The position numbers and the translations under genes are program-made. From Hydrolagus affinis (lineage: Eukaryota), in assembly GCA_012026655.1 (NCBI GenBank), contig JAAILG010000264.1, forward strand, positions 62,001-116,931: 54,931 nucleotides of DNA, written 5' to 3'. This document shows, in pieces, positions 26,794-37,930 of the stretch (position 1 is its first letter; every line of letters starts with the position of its first letter). The notes beneath the pieces were generated by a model. The model ran no database searches and was not told where the DNA came from. It was given only the letters and a program-made list of their open reading frames with translations.

Positions 26794-28008
26794 AATAAAT
26801 ATGTAATGCACGTATTTCTGGGATGCTGTTTACTGACCTATTGTATTTTTCAAACATCCTTTCAATAACATGTCAATTTTTAAAGATCTGCAACTTTTAA
26901 GTGGTGTAATATTGCCAATAGGCAAATTGTTCTGTATCTCAGCAAACACAATCGCTTGGCTCCAGCCATAGAACCCTCACAAACAATGATTACAAGCTGT
27001 TCCAGTCCATTAAAGAAAGTAATTTAATCATTTTCTATTCTCCAGCAAAATCACATTCAGACAAATTTTATTGCCAGGCTATCTAAATAGTAAATAGTTA
27101 TTATAGGCTCAAAATGAGTTTTGCTTGCCATGGGCAAACACTTTGCCTTTATTGTTGAGCTCTGTTACAGCAACAAGAAGTTAAAAAGGTTATAAAGACG
27201 CTATTAACATCATGTGACGTTCTTGACACAACTTAAAAGTGCTTAGTAATTGAAGGTTTTATTCAAAGTGTATTACCTCCTTATAAGGGAACAGTTAATG
27301 TAGTGCTGTAGGCTTTATTTTCTTGCAGCTTACCATTATCTCCTACCTACGTGCTACTGAATACAGTGAATGTATTCGCTTGAGAACACAGGTCATTTTC
27401 ATCATCTGTTATGGACAGGGCAGTTTGAACAAAACATCAATAAAAAATGCTTTGAGACAGAGCGGAAAAAAAGCACAACATCTCTTTGATACCTTTTTTC
27501 CAACTGGTCTTCAATAATTTTATTCTTACTATTATTTTTCTGAGAGATTTCACTCTTTCATCATTGGGGCCTACTATTCATATAAATAGTTTAACTGCGT
27601 ACAAAAAATAAGTTTTGTTTACAAGAGATGCACCCTTACTTAAACTTGATGTAACCGATTGTATTGGAATCACTGCAAATGACTCAAAACACAGAGTTCC
27701 TGTGTAAATAACTGAATCACGGTTCAAAGGGGCTCTTTAACTATTAGATGTGGTTAATGGAAGTTTGTTTCCGATTCTATGTTGTTCAAAATTGAACTGC
27801 AAGATTAAATATTTACCCAGTCATTACGAAACCAAAGTACGGTGGGAATTTGTGTGACAACTGATCCAGTCATGAGCCCCTTGTTCTTAATAAATGTAGT
27901 TAAATTGAAAAAAAAATCTGTTTTAGGGATATGGGGCAAGGACGGGTAATTGCACTTGAGATACAGATTAACCGTGATCTTATAGAATGGCGGAACAGGC
28001 CTGCACGG

Positions 28009-28333
28009 CGTCCTGCAACTCCTGTTTTTAGAGCACTCACCTGGCAAGCGAGAGCCTGAGTTTGATTCCCGACAGGACAAAACCTTCGGCTAGTTTCCTT
28101 TCTCCGCATGCTTGATAATAATCCCTCGAGAAAACATTTTAAAAAAAATAATAAAATGGGTCATTTCAATTCATGACTGTTTGTGGGACGCTGCTGTGCA
28201 CAATTGGCTGCCACGTTTTTCCCACAAATAGAGTCAATTCAATTTACTGTATATTCTGTGTAGTGCTTTGAGATGCCTAGAAGACGTGAAAAGCGCTATA
28301 TCAAATACAAGGATTATTATTATTATTATTATT
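28009..28333 (+). mobile_element. tRNA-derived SINE, full length (head type B, decayed boxes)
   Basis: gtcctgcaactc...tagagcactcacctggcaagcgagagcctgagtttgattcccg followed by the body and a (tta)n tail. Confidence 0.95.
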
Positions 28334-28969
28334 CACATCAAGTTGTCCAGCGGTTCTTTGTTTATCTAATGCCTTGAACAGTAGTCTTCAAGCTAATTCT
28401 TCCAGTATCAGTTTTTCATTAATATCATTGGATGAATGATAATCACACTGGTTTTACACTGGTGTGTTTCAAGTAAGATTTCCAACTAAGCAGATCCTAA
28501 TTACCAAGGCTTTGGTTTTGAGAGCCGAGGACTTGTGTGGATTTCCAAGCCTTGTTCAGGAGCTGGGCAGACTGATCAACCGTCATGCCTTGGATTACAG
28601 CAAAGCCAATTAAACCCTAGGTTAACCCTATCACCTCCAAAGGAGAACTGTCGTTACTCCTTAGAAGAAGTAGGTGGCCATGGAGCTGAACTCTGGTGCT
28701 TTCCTCATTTTGAGGGAGAATATCTGTTGTCTTCTTATCCCTATTAGCTCTGAAAGATTTTGCCCCTTTTTTTTCTGTACTGGGCTTTTTATTGCAGCTC
28801 CGTTGACAACTATACTACCTGTTTCCTTCTTTCACAATACATCTCCAAATTAATCCCCCCATCTATATTCTACTTTCCATTTACAACTCTGCCAGGCATT
28901 TTACACCTCAGTTATTTTTTTCATTGAGCCCCCCACTTCCACACAATTTTATTAAACTATAATCAAAGA

Positions 28970-29180
28970 AATAATAATCCGTCCAAAAAAAGCACAATAA
29001 TAACAATTTTCAATCCACGACTGTTTGTGGGACACTGCTGTGCACAATTGGCTGCCGCGTTTCGCCCACATACATACAGTCAATTCACTCTACAGTATGT
29101 TCTGTGATGCGCTTTGAGACGTCGATAAGATGTGAAAAGCGCTATATCAAATGCAAGGATTATTATTATTGTTATTATTA
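28970..29180 (+). mobile_element. SINE 3' two-thirds
   Basis: caatccacgactgtttgtgggacactgctgtg...gacgtcgataagatgtgaaaagcgctatatcaaatgcaagg. Confidence 0.95.
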
Positions 29181-29942
29181 AAGCCCATTGAATTCAACAC
29201 CACTTCCGAAATTCACTTAAACTACATTAATATTTCACCTGGAAGGATGGCACTGAAACCTATAAAGGATTGAACCAGGCAATGCTAGGCCCACGTGACA
29301 TTATAGCTGAGTTTACAATGTAGAATCACTAGCACTTTTACAAGTTTTTTTAAGTTTCTGAAGAACAGAAAGATTTCTGCAGACAGAAAACACACCAATC
29401 AGAAACTCATTAATCCACAATCAGAATCTGGGATTTTTCCGAGAAGGATTTGATTGAAGCCCAAAGTACGTTGGACAATTTCCAACAATCTTTATATCCA
29501 AAGGGAAACTTTATTCACACACCACTTCTGGTATAAATGAATGCAACATTTAGTAAGGGGAAGTTAGGTTAGCCATATGCCTTGCAGATGCAGAATCCTA
29601 TATACAGGTCCTTTGTTATGAATATAAATAGAAATATAAATAAATATAGCAAAATATACATGTTCTACATGCGTAAACTTCAATGCTCGTTGGAATAAAT
29701 GGTTTCCATTTACTCTGCACTCCATCGACAATTTCAATAAGAAAGCGGCATGAAATATTTAATCCACATTCGAAATTTTTAATGACTGCCACATTGAGAC
29801 TCAAAAGATTATCACAGTACTTTTTGGTTTCCAACATCCACTGTTTCTATGCATTAATCAGAAATCATAATAAATCCACATGCTACTTTTGACAGCACAT
29901 TAGTCAAAATAGTTTTATATGATACTGACATTGACAAATGGG

Positions 29943-30090
29943 NNNNNNNNNNNNNNNNNNNNNNNNNNNNNNNNNNNNNNNNNNNNNNNNNNNNNNNNNN
30001 NNNNNNNNNNNNNNNNNNNNNNNNNNNNNNNNNNNNNNNNNNNNNNNNNNNNNNNNNNNNNNNNNNNNNNNNNNNNNNNNNNNNNNNNNN
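29943..30090. other. Assembly gap (148 N)
   Basis: Run of N. Confidence 1.
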
Positions 30091-31685
30091 TTACAGATGA
30101 CTGTGCGTATTTATTCTAATTTCACTCATTTAAGTCAACAAGAAAAACACGCACAGAATAGATACATGGAATGCGGTTTCTGAGCTTTGAATCTTGATGC
30201 AATAAATGTCTTGCATTTACAAAAAAACGGATGAATTTATTTTGAATATATATACTCGCAGTGCATAGGGTGCAATTATACTGTGAGGCATTATTACATT
30301 TTTTGCCTTGTCACCGATTTTTCTTGTTGTAATCGCAAATGATTTAAGACTACAGTCAGCGTTCTCCACACACCCTTAAATAATTTCAAATAACTTTGGT
30401 CACATTTGGTTACGGTACTGAAAGGTGCAGGAAGAGGCTATGCAGACATGGAAGGGGTAAAGTTGAACGTGGGATGGGAAGCAGATGAGGCGTCCCAAAT
30501 AGCCTCAGCGTCCCTGGGTTAGAGAGCAGTAAAATCCACTCCCACAGAGAAGGAAAGATAAGGATAAGATCCAACATGTCTGTGATGCTCTTGCGGTCAA
30601 ACGGCCAACCAGCAGAACTGATAGCTGAGACACAAATGGCTTCTAGTGATGGAGGTGGAATATGGAACCATGCGCCAGTGCCTTTGGAAGAAGAAAGTAA
30701 GGAGGTGAAAATTGTTGGTGAAAACAATATTAAAATGCAGAGCATATTGTTTCAGGTGCATTACCCACAGTTTTCCACATGAATTAAGACTTCTTAGGTT
30801 CTTATGTAATTCTGCCATCGTGTTCGTCGAAGTTTTGAGTAATCAGATCGTGCAAAATACTGAAGTTATTGAGAAACAAACTAAAAAAAACTTCCTCTCA
30901 CAACATTCGAATGCAGTGAGGAAATGTGTTCCATGTGGAGGTTACAAAGTTTAATAAACAAGCAATTTGAAGGCCCCTTGGTCACCGGGAAAGAGTATGA
31001 GGTAATTCAGCACTTGGCAAAGTTTATTTAACGGTAAGATGAGAAGCAAAATGTAAGATAAAGGCAAATGTTACTTTTAGTTAATGGTGAACAGAAACTC
31101 TTGAGACTGGGAAGCAATTTGAGCTTTGATTTGAATCTCCTGAGGCTCACAAGTTAGCAAATTACATGCGACTTGGGAGAACTTTTCAAGGAACCGGGAG
31201 AGGAATAATGTTTGAAGCCAGTGCTGGTAGATGATTTCAGAACAAAGTTATATATTGCTTCCTTCAAGAAATTCATAAAACTACAACTCCAATAAATCCC
31301 TCAACAAGAGATCTTTCAAGCCAATGGAGCTCAAATTCCTCAACACAGACAACTAGGCTGAATTCTTGAACAGGAGCATTTGGATGTCACCGATGAGAAC
31401 ATTCACACCAATAGAAACGTCCAACAATAATTTGTGAACAAGGTGCAATTTTTACAGCTCCACTTAAAAGAAAAGTCCATTGACTACACAATCAACCACA
31501 TACAGTAGAGAAATTTGGTACTGCAATCCGGCACAGAAATCGCTTTAAAAAATGACCAACTTAAGTCAGCTTATGAAGAGGAAGGAATGCTACATTTCGT
31601 TCTAATGAGGGGAATGGTAACCAGTGAAGCTGTCAGATTCAGCTGTGTTTACCTTGCTCTGCACGCTTATCTCTCCAGTTGTTGA

Positions 31686-31825
31686 ATAATAATAATAAAT
31701 TCTTGCATTTGATACAGCGCTTTTCACATCTTATCGATGTCTCAAAGCGCTTCACAGAATATATCCTGCAAAGCGAATTGACTGTATATTTGTGGGCGAA
31801 TACTGGAAAGTGAATTGACTATATA
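31686..31825 (-). mobile_element. SINE 3' fragment with a duplicated gaattgact segment
   Basis: Reverse-complement tail; aaag-gaattgact-tatat occurs twice. Confidence 0.9.
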
Positions 31826-32104
31826 TAATAGTACTGTTCTGATACTAGAAATCCATGCTTATGGACTCATACTCTTGCAAGAGTTTGCACCTACAAATGA
31901 GGGGAGAAAAAGGGTAGCAAAAAATAAACATTTAGAATATAAATCAAGCTTGCCTAACTTCCAGATGCGTTTCTAGTACCATTCACTGATGGGAATGAAA
32001 TGAGCTGAATAACCCCCAAACAATCTACAAGCCTTCAAAAAAAATCAACCAGAATTTGGGGAAGCCATTGTCTGTACATAATTGCTGTCCAGTTTATATA
32101 TGAA

Positions 32105-32380
32105 AGTAATAATAATAATCCTAGCATTTGATAGAACGCTTTTCTAGATGTCTCAAAGCACTTCACAGAATACACTGTAAAGCTAATTGACTGTACATTT
32201 GTGGGCAAAACGTGGCAGCCAATTTCCCACACAAATTGTCCCACAAACAGTCGTGGATTCAGGGATTATTATCAGGCTTGTGGGGGAAGGAAACTTGCCC
32301 AAGGTTTCACCTCCCGGGAATCAAACCCAGGTCTCTCACTTGCAAGGCGAGTGCTCTAACCACTGAGCTACAGGGCTCCA
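32105..32380 (-). mobile_element. tRNA-derived SINE (head type B), A-rich linker deleted
   Basis: Reverse complement ggagccctgtagctcagtggttagagcactcgccttgcaagtgagagacctgggtttgattcccggg followed by the body and tail. Confidence 0.95.
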
Positions 32381-33238
32381 CAGTGTCCAAGAAGGACAAA
32401 ATCCTTCAAAGTTCCAACAGTGAAGATACATTGTGCCACAATAGTATAAGAACAATTTGCAGGTTACTGATTAAATACTATCCCGTAAATCTAAGAAACA
32501 TTTTCTGACTAAGCACAGAACATATCCAGATGCGATAAGATGGTGCTGCAGTTTCGGCCAATTTATTATTATTTGAACATAAATCGGCCTTATCTAGGTA
32601 ACCACTAAATGCACTGACCATTAGGTTCTGTAAAACAGCTGGTCATGGATCCATACATAACAGAAATCATTAAATACTTAACTAAAGGAAAGTTACACAG
32701 CGACCCTCAATCAGCTTGAACAGTAATCACTGAGATGGCTGAACTAATGAAAAAAAATGGTTAGCGCGAGTCCTTAAACAGACCCGAGTGACAGAATGAC
32801 CTTTTCTTTTTCCAATGCCCCTGTTTTCTAACGACAGGAAGGATCACTCTGTAACGAGCTGGAAAATGAAGACAACTCGGGTTAATTATTCCTAAAGCTT
32901 CGATGACAAGAAATACTGCCATGACATCATGGTCACTTTACACAGCACTCTGTGACAGCTTTCGAGGGAAACAATTGAAAGTGTGGCAGATTGCCGCCAT
33001 CTCTGCTTTTTGGCTCACGCAGGCTGACTCACAGAACCAAATCAAACCGCCCAAGATTTTGTTCAGGCTGCTTTCTCTGCAGTAGCAATGTGACTTTGAT
33101 AGCCTTTGCACTGGATATAGTTTTTCCAGTCGCTTTGCCGAAACAATCCACAATCATTTTCTGGGATAGTGTTAAAAGGTTTATTAAATCATCCGATAGA
33201 CATAAAAATATATTATCGAGATCTCGTGGTCTGCTGGA

Positions 33239-33370
33239 TAATAGCAATAATAATAATAATAATTCTTGCATTAGATATAGCGCCTTATCACGTCTTTGTG
33301 TAGTCTTCACAGAGAATACCGTAATGTGAATTGACTGTGTGTTTCACGGGCGAAATACGGCAGCCAATTA
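33239..33370 (-). mobile_element. SINE 3' fragment, diverged
   Basis: (aat)n tcttgcattagatatagcgcc...gtgaattgactgtg...ggcagccaatt. Confidence 0.85.
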
Positions 33371-33642
33371 CTAGTGTCACCAGATGATTTTGTTTCTGTA
33401 TTGTGACACCACCTATGTAACCTGATTCATTTTCTAACTTTCTTGATGTCACTCTGTGACTGCACTCCAGCCCTCTGGAAGAGGGAGGTCAGAAAATGTC
33501 AAATGACCTCAATGATAATCGTCAAACGACAATAGCATTCAAACCACCTCCCAGCTCAGAAGAGTTGTGTTGATTCCCTCTCCCAGTCTGTGCAGAGTCC
33601 CTTCCCCAGCAGCTGAGATTGAGAACTTTACATTTGGAGAAT

Positions 33643-33707
33643 CAACACATTCCTGTAACCACCTTCCGGTGATAATAGCACTGGAAGGTGATTACAGGAA
33701 TGTGTTG
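33643..33707. repeat. Near-perfect inverted repeat (29-bp arms, 7-nt spacer)
   Basis: caacacattcctgtaaccaccttccggtg ataatag cactggaaggtgattacaggaatgtgttg; 27 of 29 positions are Watson-Crick complementary. Confidence 0.97.
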
Positions 33708-33750
33708 GGGTGGGGGTGGGGGGTGGGGGGTGGGGGTGGGGGGGAGGTGG
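33706..33750 (+). repeat. (GGGGGT)n tract, G-quadruplex-competent
   Basis: Six runs of four or more G separated by single T. Confidence 0.9.
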
Positions 33751-33751
33751 A

Positions 33752-33800
33752 GTGAATTGACTGTATATTTGTGGGCGAAACACAGCAGCCAATTGCGCAT
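33752..33800 (-). mobile_element. SINE internal fragment
   Basis: gtgaattgactgtatatttgtgggcgaaacacagcagccaattgcgca. Confidence 0.85.
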
Positions 33801-33959
33801 TTGGCAACTGAAACATTGACCTGAATATTTTGTGCGTTAACTGCGTTAAAACAAAATTGAAGAACTATTCATTCATCTATCGTGCTTTAACATGTTGGGA
33901 TGTTCCTTAAGTGTTTTATATACCACTATTGTCGTGGGTAGTGACAGCTTTTGTAGTGA

Positions 33960-34258
33960 ACAAGCCAACCCTTTGCAGCCAGTGTGATCTACCAACCCCA
34001 ATGAACAGTTAATCTGGAGAACTGATCACCGGGATACCAAGCAACTTTCTTTTTGTTTGATAAGCTTCAAGACATCTTGAAGGTCCACCTGAAAAGGTAG
34101 ATCAGTCCTTGGTTTTAACGTCCTATCTGAAAGATGGCAATTCCATCTGTGACAATGTAGTACAACTCCCCACTCCCTGATCCTCTCCCCTTACCTCCTC
34201 CCCACCACCCCCACCTCCCCTTCCTGCACTGGAGCATCAAGCCTGAACTGTGCGTTCA
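33960..34258 (-). mobile_element. Old Deu-domain SINE (AmnSINE1/SacSINE1-like)
   Basis: gtccacctgaaaaggtagatcagtccttggttttaacgtcctatctgaaagatggca...ctgcactggagcatcaagcctga resembles the reverse strand of the Deu core as recalled; contains a C-rich insertion. Confidence 0.7.
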
Positions 34259-34699
34259 TATCAACAAGATAATATCCGTAAATATAACTGCAAGGAGTTG
34301 ATCTGCAGTTAAATTGCAGTTGTTGTTACTTATTATCTCGTGGATCCACCAAAATCCATTACTATCTTCCACTCCCAACACTGCACTATCTACTAGTTGC
34401 AACATACAGAAAGATTGGGATGTGGAGAAGGGAGGTGTGTTTTTTCTCAAACTATCTCTGCAGCAGCAAAAGACTTATATATAACAACAAAAAATCATCA
34501 TACAGTGTGAACCACTGAAAGATTAAGTACCAGACAGTTTTCGATCATAATTTCTTTGAGCCACAGAGGTTTTGGCAATGGGAATCTGTGCCTTCCCAAT
34601 ATTGATAGCAAATTCAGCACAAGAAATGTAAGAGCTGAATTCAGCATGAGATGCAACACGGGCATAAAAAGCATTTAAATGTTTCAAAGATAAGTCGCA

Positions 34700-34816
34700 A
34701 TTATGGATCGCTTTTCACGTCTTCTGGACGTCTCAATATTTTGAGATGTCCATAATTTCGATCCTTAATTTCACGTCCAGAAGACGTGAAATGTTCTGCT
34801 TCACAGAAAATACTGC
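34700..34816. mobile_element. Rearranged (fold-back) SINE tail
   Basis: tttcacgtcttctggacgt (34713-34731) and its exact reverse complement (34773-34791), then gcttcacagaaaatactg. Confidence 0.8.
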
Positions 34817-34909
34817 ATGAAACATAGTATGAAACAGAAGCCATTACAATCAGACACAGTATTTTTAATCAATCGGTAACTATAAGTTATCATGTAGTTA
34901 ACCAATGGC

Positions 34910-34970
34910 TTCAAGCGCTCTGAGACGCTATCCAGCGAGGAGGACGCTATATAAATCGCACTTGTTGTTG
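34910..34970 (+). mobile_element. L2 3' tail stub (family a)
   Basis: aagcgctctgagacgctatccagcgaggaggacgctatataaatc matches the tail of the 8843-9200 element. Confidence 0.8.
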
Positions 34971-36732
34971 AATACAGTGAAACCCTGATGAAATCAAGTT
35001 GATCTTTATCACACTGGCTACTTGATTCACAGATTGATGCGGAAAGGGGTCTTGCTGTGCGCTTTGGGAATTCAATGCCATTTCCTCCTCACGGAAAGAG
35101 TAAAAAAATATTGAGGGAATACAGAAAGGAAATTAATTTGGCGAATTTTGAGCAAGAAAAGGCCGGAATTTAAAACCTCATCCCTCAAGTAGAATTCTTT
35201 GCTACTGTGATCAAATGAGTTTAAACACATATGCCATGAATATCATGGAAAGTACACACAGACCAATAGAAACTCTTCGGCAACAAAAATAATACTGAAA
35301 TTAGAATATTGCCAAAAGGCAGATTTTCACACTTTTCACATATGTAGCCACCTGTCAGTAATTTTTTTTGTTCTCCATATCTTCCCACATACAGATTGGC
35401 TGAATGGGATCCTCTTTTAGTTTTTTAAAACAGTTCTTATAATAAGCCTAGGCCCCTGAAAGTAAAGAGTGATCCAATTAGTTCCACCAGAGTAAAATCA
35501 TACAGTCTATGTATGTGGTCTCCTCTACCACATCTGTCATGGGCCATTTCAAAGTTCAGACTCCTGCAGAGTTTGGATCACTTAATGCTCTTATTTACTG
35601 TGTAGGCATTAGGGAAAACCCAATGACTTTCTTTTCTTAAATGAATTAACCACAGACGAAAAAATTATCTCCCAAATAAATGCACATATGCCACGAAGAA
35701 AGGGAGCTCGTCTTAATGTACAATTACACCGCCGGAACTGGGTTTTGTGTGACAGCAAAGTTACAAATGCGGCACAGAGATAAATATGGCGAAAAGTGTT
35801 TTCATTTTACGAATGTTAAGAGAAAAAAAAAGCGTCTACATTTTATAGGTTATAAATTAACTTATTCTTCAAAGTTTAACTGAGGCATGCCGGGAAATAA
35901 ATCACTAACACCCTCATAGTTTGGCAGCTCTAAGTGACAGAAGCTCCACTAAATCCTCTGTTTACACTGGGGATTAACGAAGTAGATTTGAGAAGCAAAC
36001 TGAACTGTCCATGGTCAAGGGAACCTGCTCTCCGTCAACCCATGGGGCATAAGAACAAAGCATGGGCCTGGCAGGAAGTGACCCATAAATACATCTTTAC
36101 AGTGGATTTATACAAAGAAAGTCTGCCTGTCAGAAACCCCATATGACCATTAACTGGCCTGCAAGGGTTGCCAGGAGGCCTAATTACAGGTCTACAGAGT
36201 CTAATAACAAAAGCTGAAGAGCTTTAGCCTAGGGATGATCTGCTTCATACTGACTTGAGAGAGTCCATATAGTGTGACATAAGAAAAGGGCCCAGCTTTA
36301 AACCTCTCGAGGGACACAAAACAGAATGCAACACCAAGTAGCCATGTGCAACTCAGCTTTGTACAAGCTTATGGCACCAGATTCATAACATTAACATTCA
36401 ACTTCTGCGTGCTTAACATCTGCTTAGAAAAAGGCAGGCTATCTGTATCACGTCGCCAATACATTTCACTTTGTTACTGGCGCAAAGTGGGGGGAACAAT
36501 GTCAACCGATACATATTTATCTTATTTGCTTCATTATTTTGATTTTTTTTCCACCTGCACTTCTTCGACTTGCTGTGGTTTTAGTTGATTTATTTTGTTC
36601 TCAAAATTGCTTGAATAGGGGGTAAAAAGGGTGCTATCCCTTATTTGAGCCCATCCACACACAAGATTGAAAGAACACAATGGAACTCGAAGGAAGAAAA
36701 ATACTTACAATATCATCAATCATTTTTAAGTT

Positions 36733-37017
36733 ACAAACAAGAGACCTTTGTTCGAATTCAGGCAGGTCAGGGCAAAACCTTGGGCAAGTTTCCTTACTCC
36801 ATACGGCTAATGACAATCCCTCAAAAAAAACCAATAATAAAATTGGTCATTTCAATCCACAACTATTTGTGGGACACTGCTATGCGCAATTGGCTGCTGC
36901 GTTTCACTCACAAATATACAGTCAATTCACTTTATAGGATATTCTGTGAAGTGCTTTTGAGACGTCTAGAAGACGTGAAAAAGCGCTATATCAAATACAA
37001 GGATTATTATTATTATA
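36733..37017 (+). mobile_element. tRNA-derived SINE (head type A), 5'-truncated
   Basis: gagacctttgttcgaattcaggcaggtcagggcaaaaccttgggcaagtttcc followed by the body and tail. Confidence 0.95.
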
Positions 37018-37149
37018 AGTTACTTAGCACAGGTATAGTTAACATGACAATTTACTACATCTTCCCCCACCCCCACCCTCCTCCTTCCCCACCTCAAACG
37101 TAAGACAACTGCTCATGTGGTGAAATGGCATGATTTTACGTGGCTTTAT

Positions 37150-37279
37150 ATTGCTATGCACAAATTGGCTGCCCTATTGGCCTAAAAGTATACAACCGTT
37201 TCACTTTACAGTAGATTCTGCGAAGTAGTTTGAGACATCTTCCCGACGTGAAAGCGTAACATCAAATGCAGGGATTACG
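37150..37279 (+). mobile_element. Diverged SINE 3' part
   Basis: ttgctatgcacaaattggctgcc...tcactttacagtagattctgcgaag...gacgtgaaagcg...atcaaatgcagggatta. Confidence 0.8.
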
Positions 37280-37304
37280 AATCTTTACCATTTGCATCAA
37301 ATCG

Positions 37305-37412
37305 ACAACAACTACAATAAAATTACATTGATAGAGCTTTCACGTCAGGAGGAAGACTTCTAGAAGACGTGAAAAGCACTATATCAAATGAAAGGATTAT
37401 TATTATGATTAT
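37305..37412. mobile_element. Head-to-head L2 tail stub (-) and SINE tail stub (+)
   Basis: aattacattgatagagctttcacgtcaggagga followed by tctagaagacgtgaaaagcactatatcaaatgaaaggattatt. Confidence 0.8.
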
Positions 37413-37496
37413 GTTCTGTGTATATCGCTTTATTTTGTTTATGCATTACTATTAATTCAATTAGAATCAGTTGCTGTACTGCTAGTATCAGGAGAT

Positions 37497-37640
37497 ATAA
37501 TAATAATGCAAGCATTAGTTTGATACAACGCCGTATCACGTCTTCGAGACGTCTCAAAGCGCTTCAGAGAATATACCGTTGTGACATGTCTGTGTATTTT
37601 GTGGGTGAAATGTGGCAGCCAATTGCACTCAGGGCACTGC
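37497..37640 (-). mobile_element. SINE 3' fragment, diverged
   Basis: tcacgtcttcgagacgtctcaaagcgcttcagagaatata...ggcagccaattgcac. Confidence 0.85.
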
Positions 37641-37734
37641 TGAATATGAACAAGTTGCAGTCAGTACAAATTTGGTGTGTCTGGAAAATATTTGAGAAAG
37701 CAACCTTATACTGAACCCAATCTATAAGAATGAG

Positions 37735-37930
37735 TGGATCACACCTGTATAATGTGGCGTACGTTTCTGAGGCTGAAATGAAGGTGTATTGTTTGGGCAG
37801 AGCAAAGGGAGTTTTACTTTACTCTAAATGACATGGGAGTTCTTGAAGCAAATAGTGAGTGACAAAATGGAAATGTGTTTCTGCTCCCAAGCGCTGACAA
37901 CCTTCACCTCGAAGAGCAGAAATTTCACCT
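37735..37930 (+). mobile_element. Possible ancient SINE 3' end (LF-SINE-like tail)
   Basis: gggcagagcaaagggagttttacttt...gctgacaaccttcacctcgaagagcagaaatttcac loosely resembles recalled ancient vertebrate SINE 3' ends. Confidence 0.35.

Noticed and set aside
29919-30183. ORFs spanning the N run
   Set aside because: Artefacts of the assembly gap.
36645-37103. 152-aa ORF and other ORFs sharing peptides such as FTVYSVK, KETCPRF and AQLAAAF
   Set aside because: These are chance translations of SINE copies.
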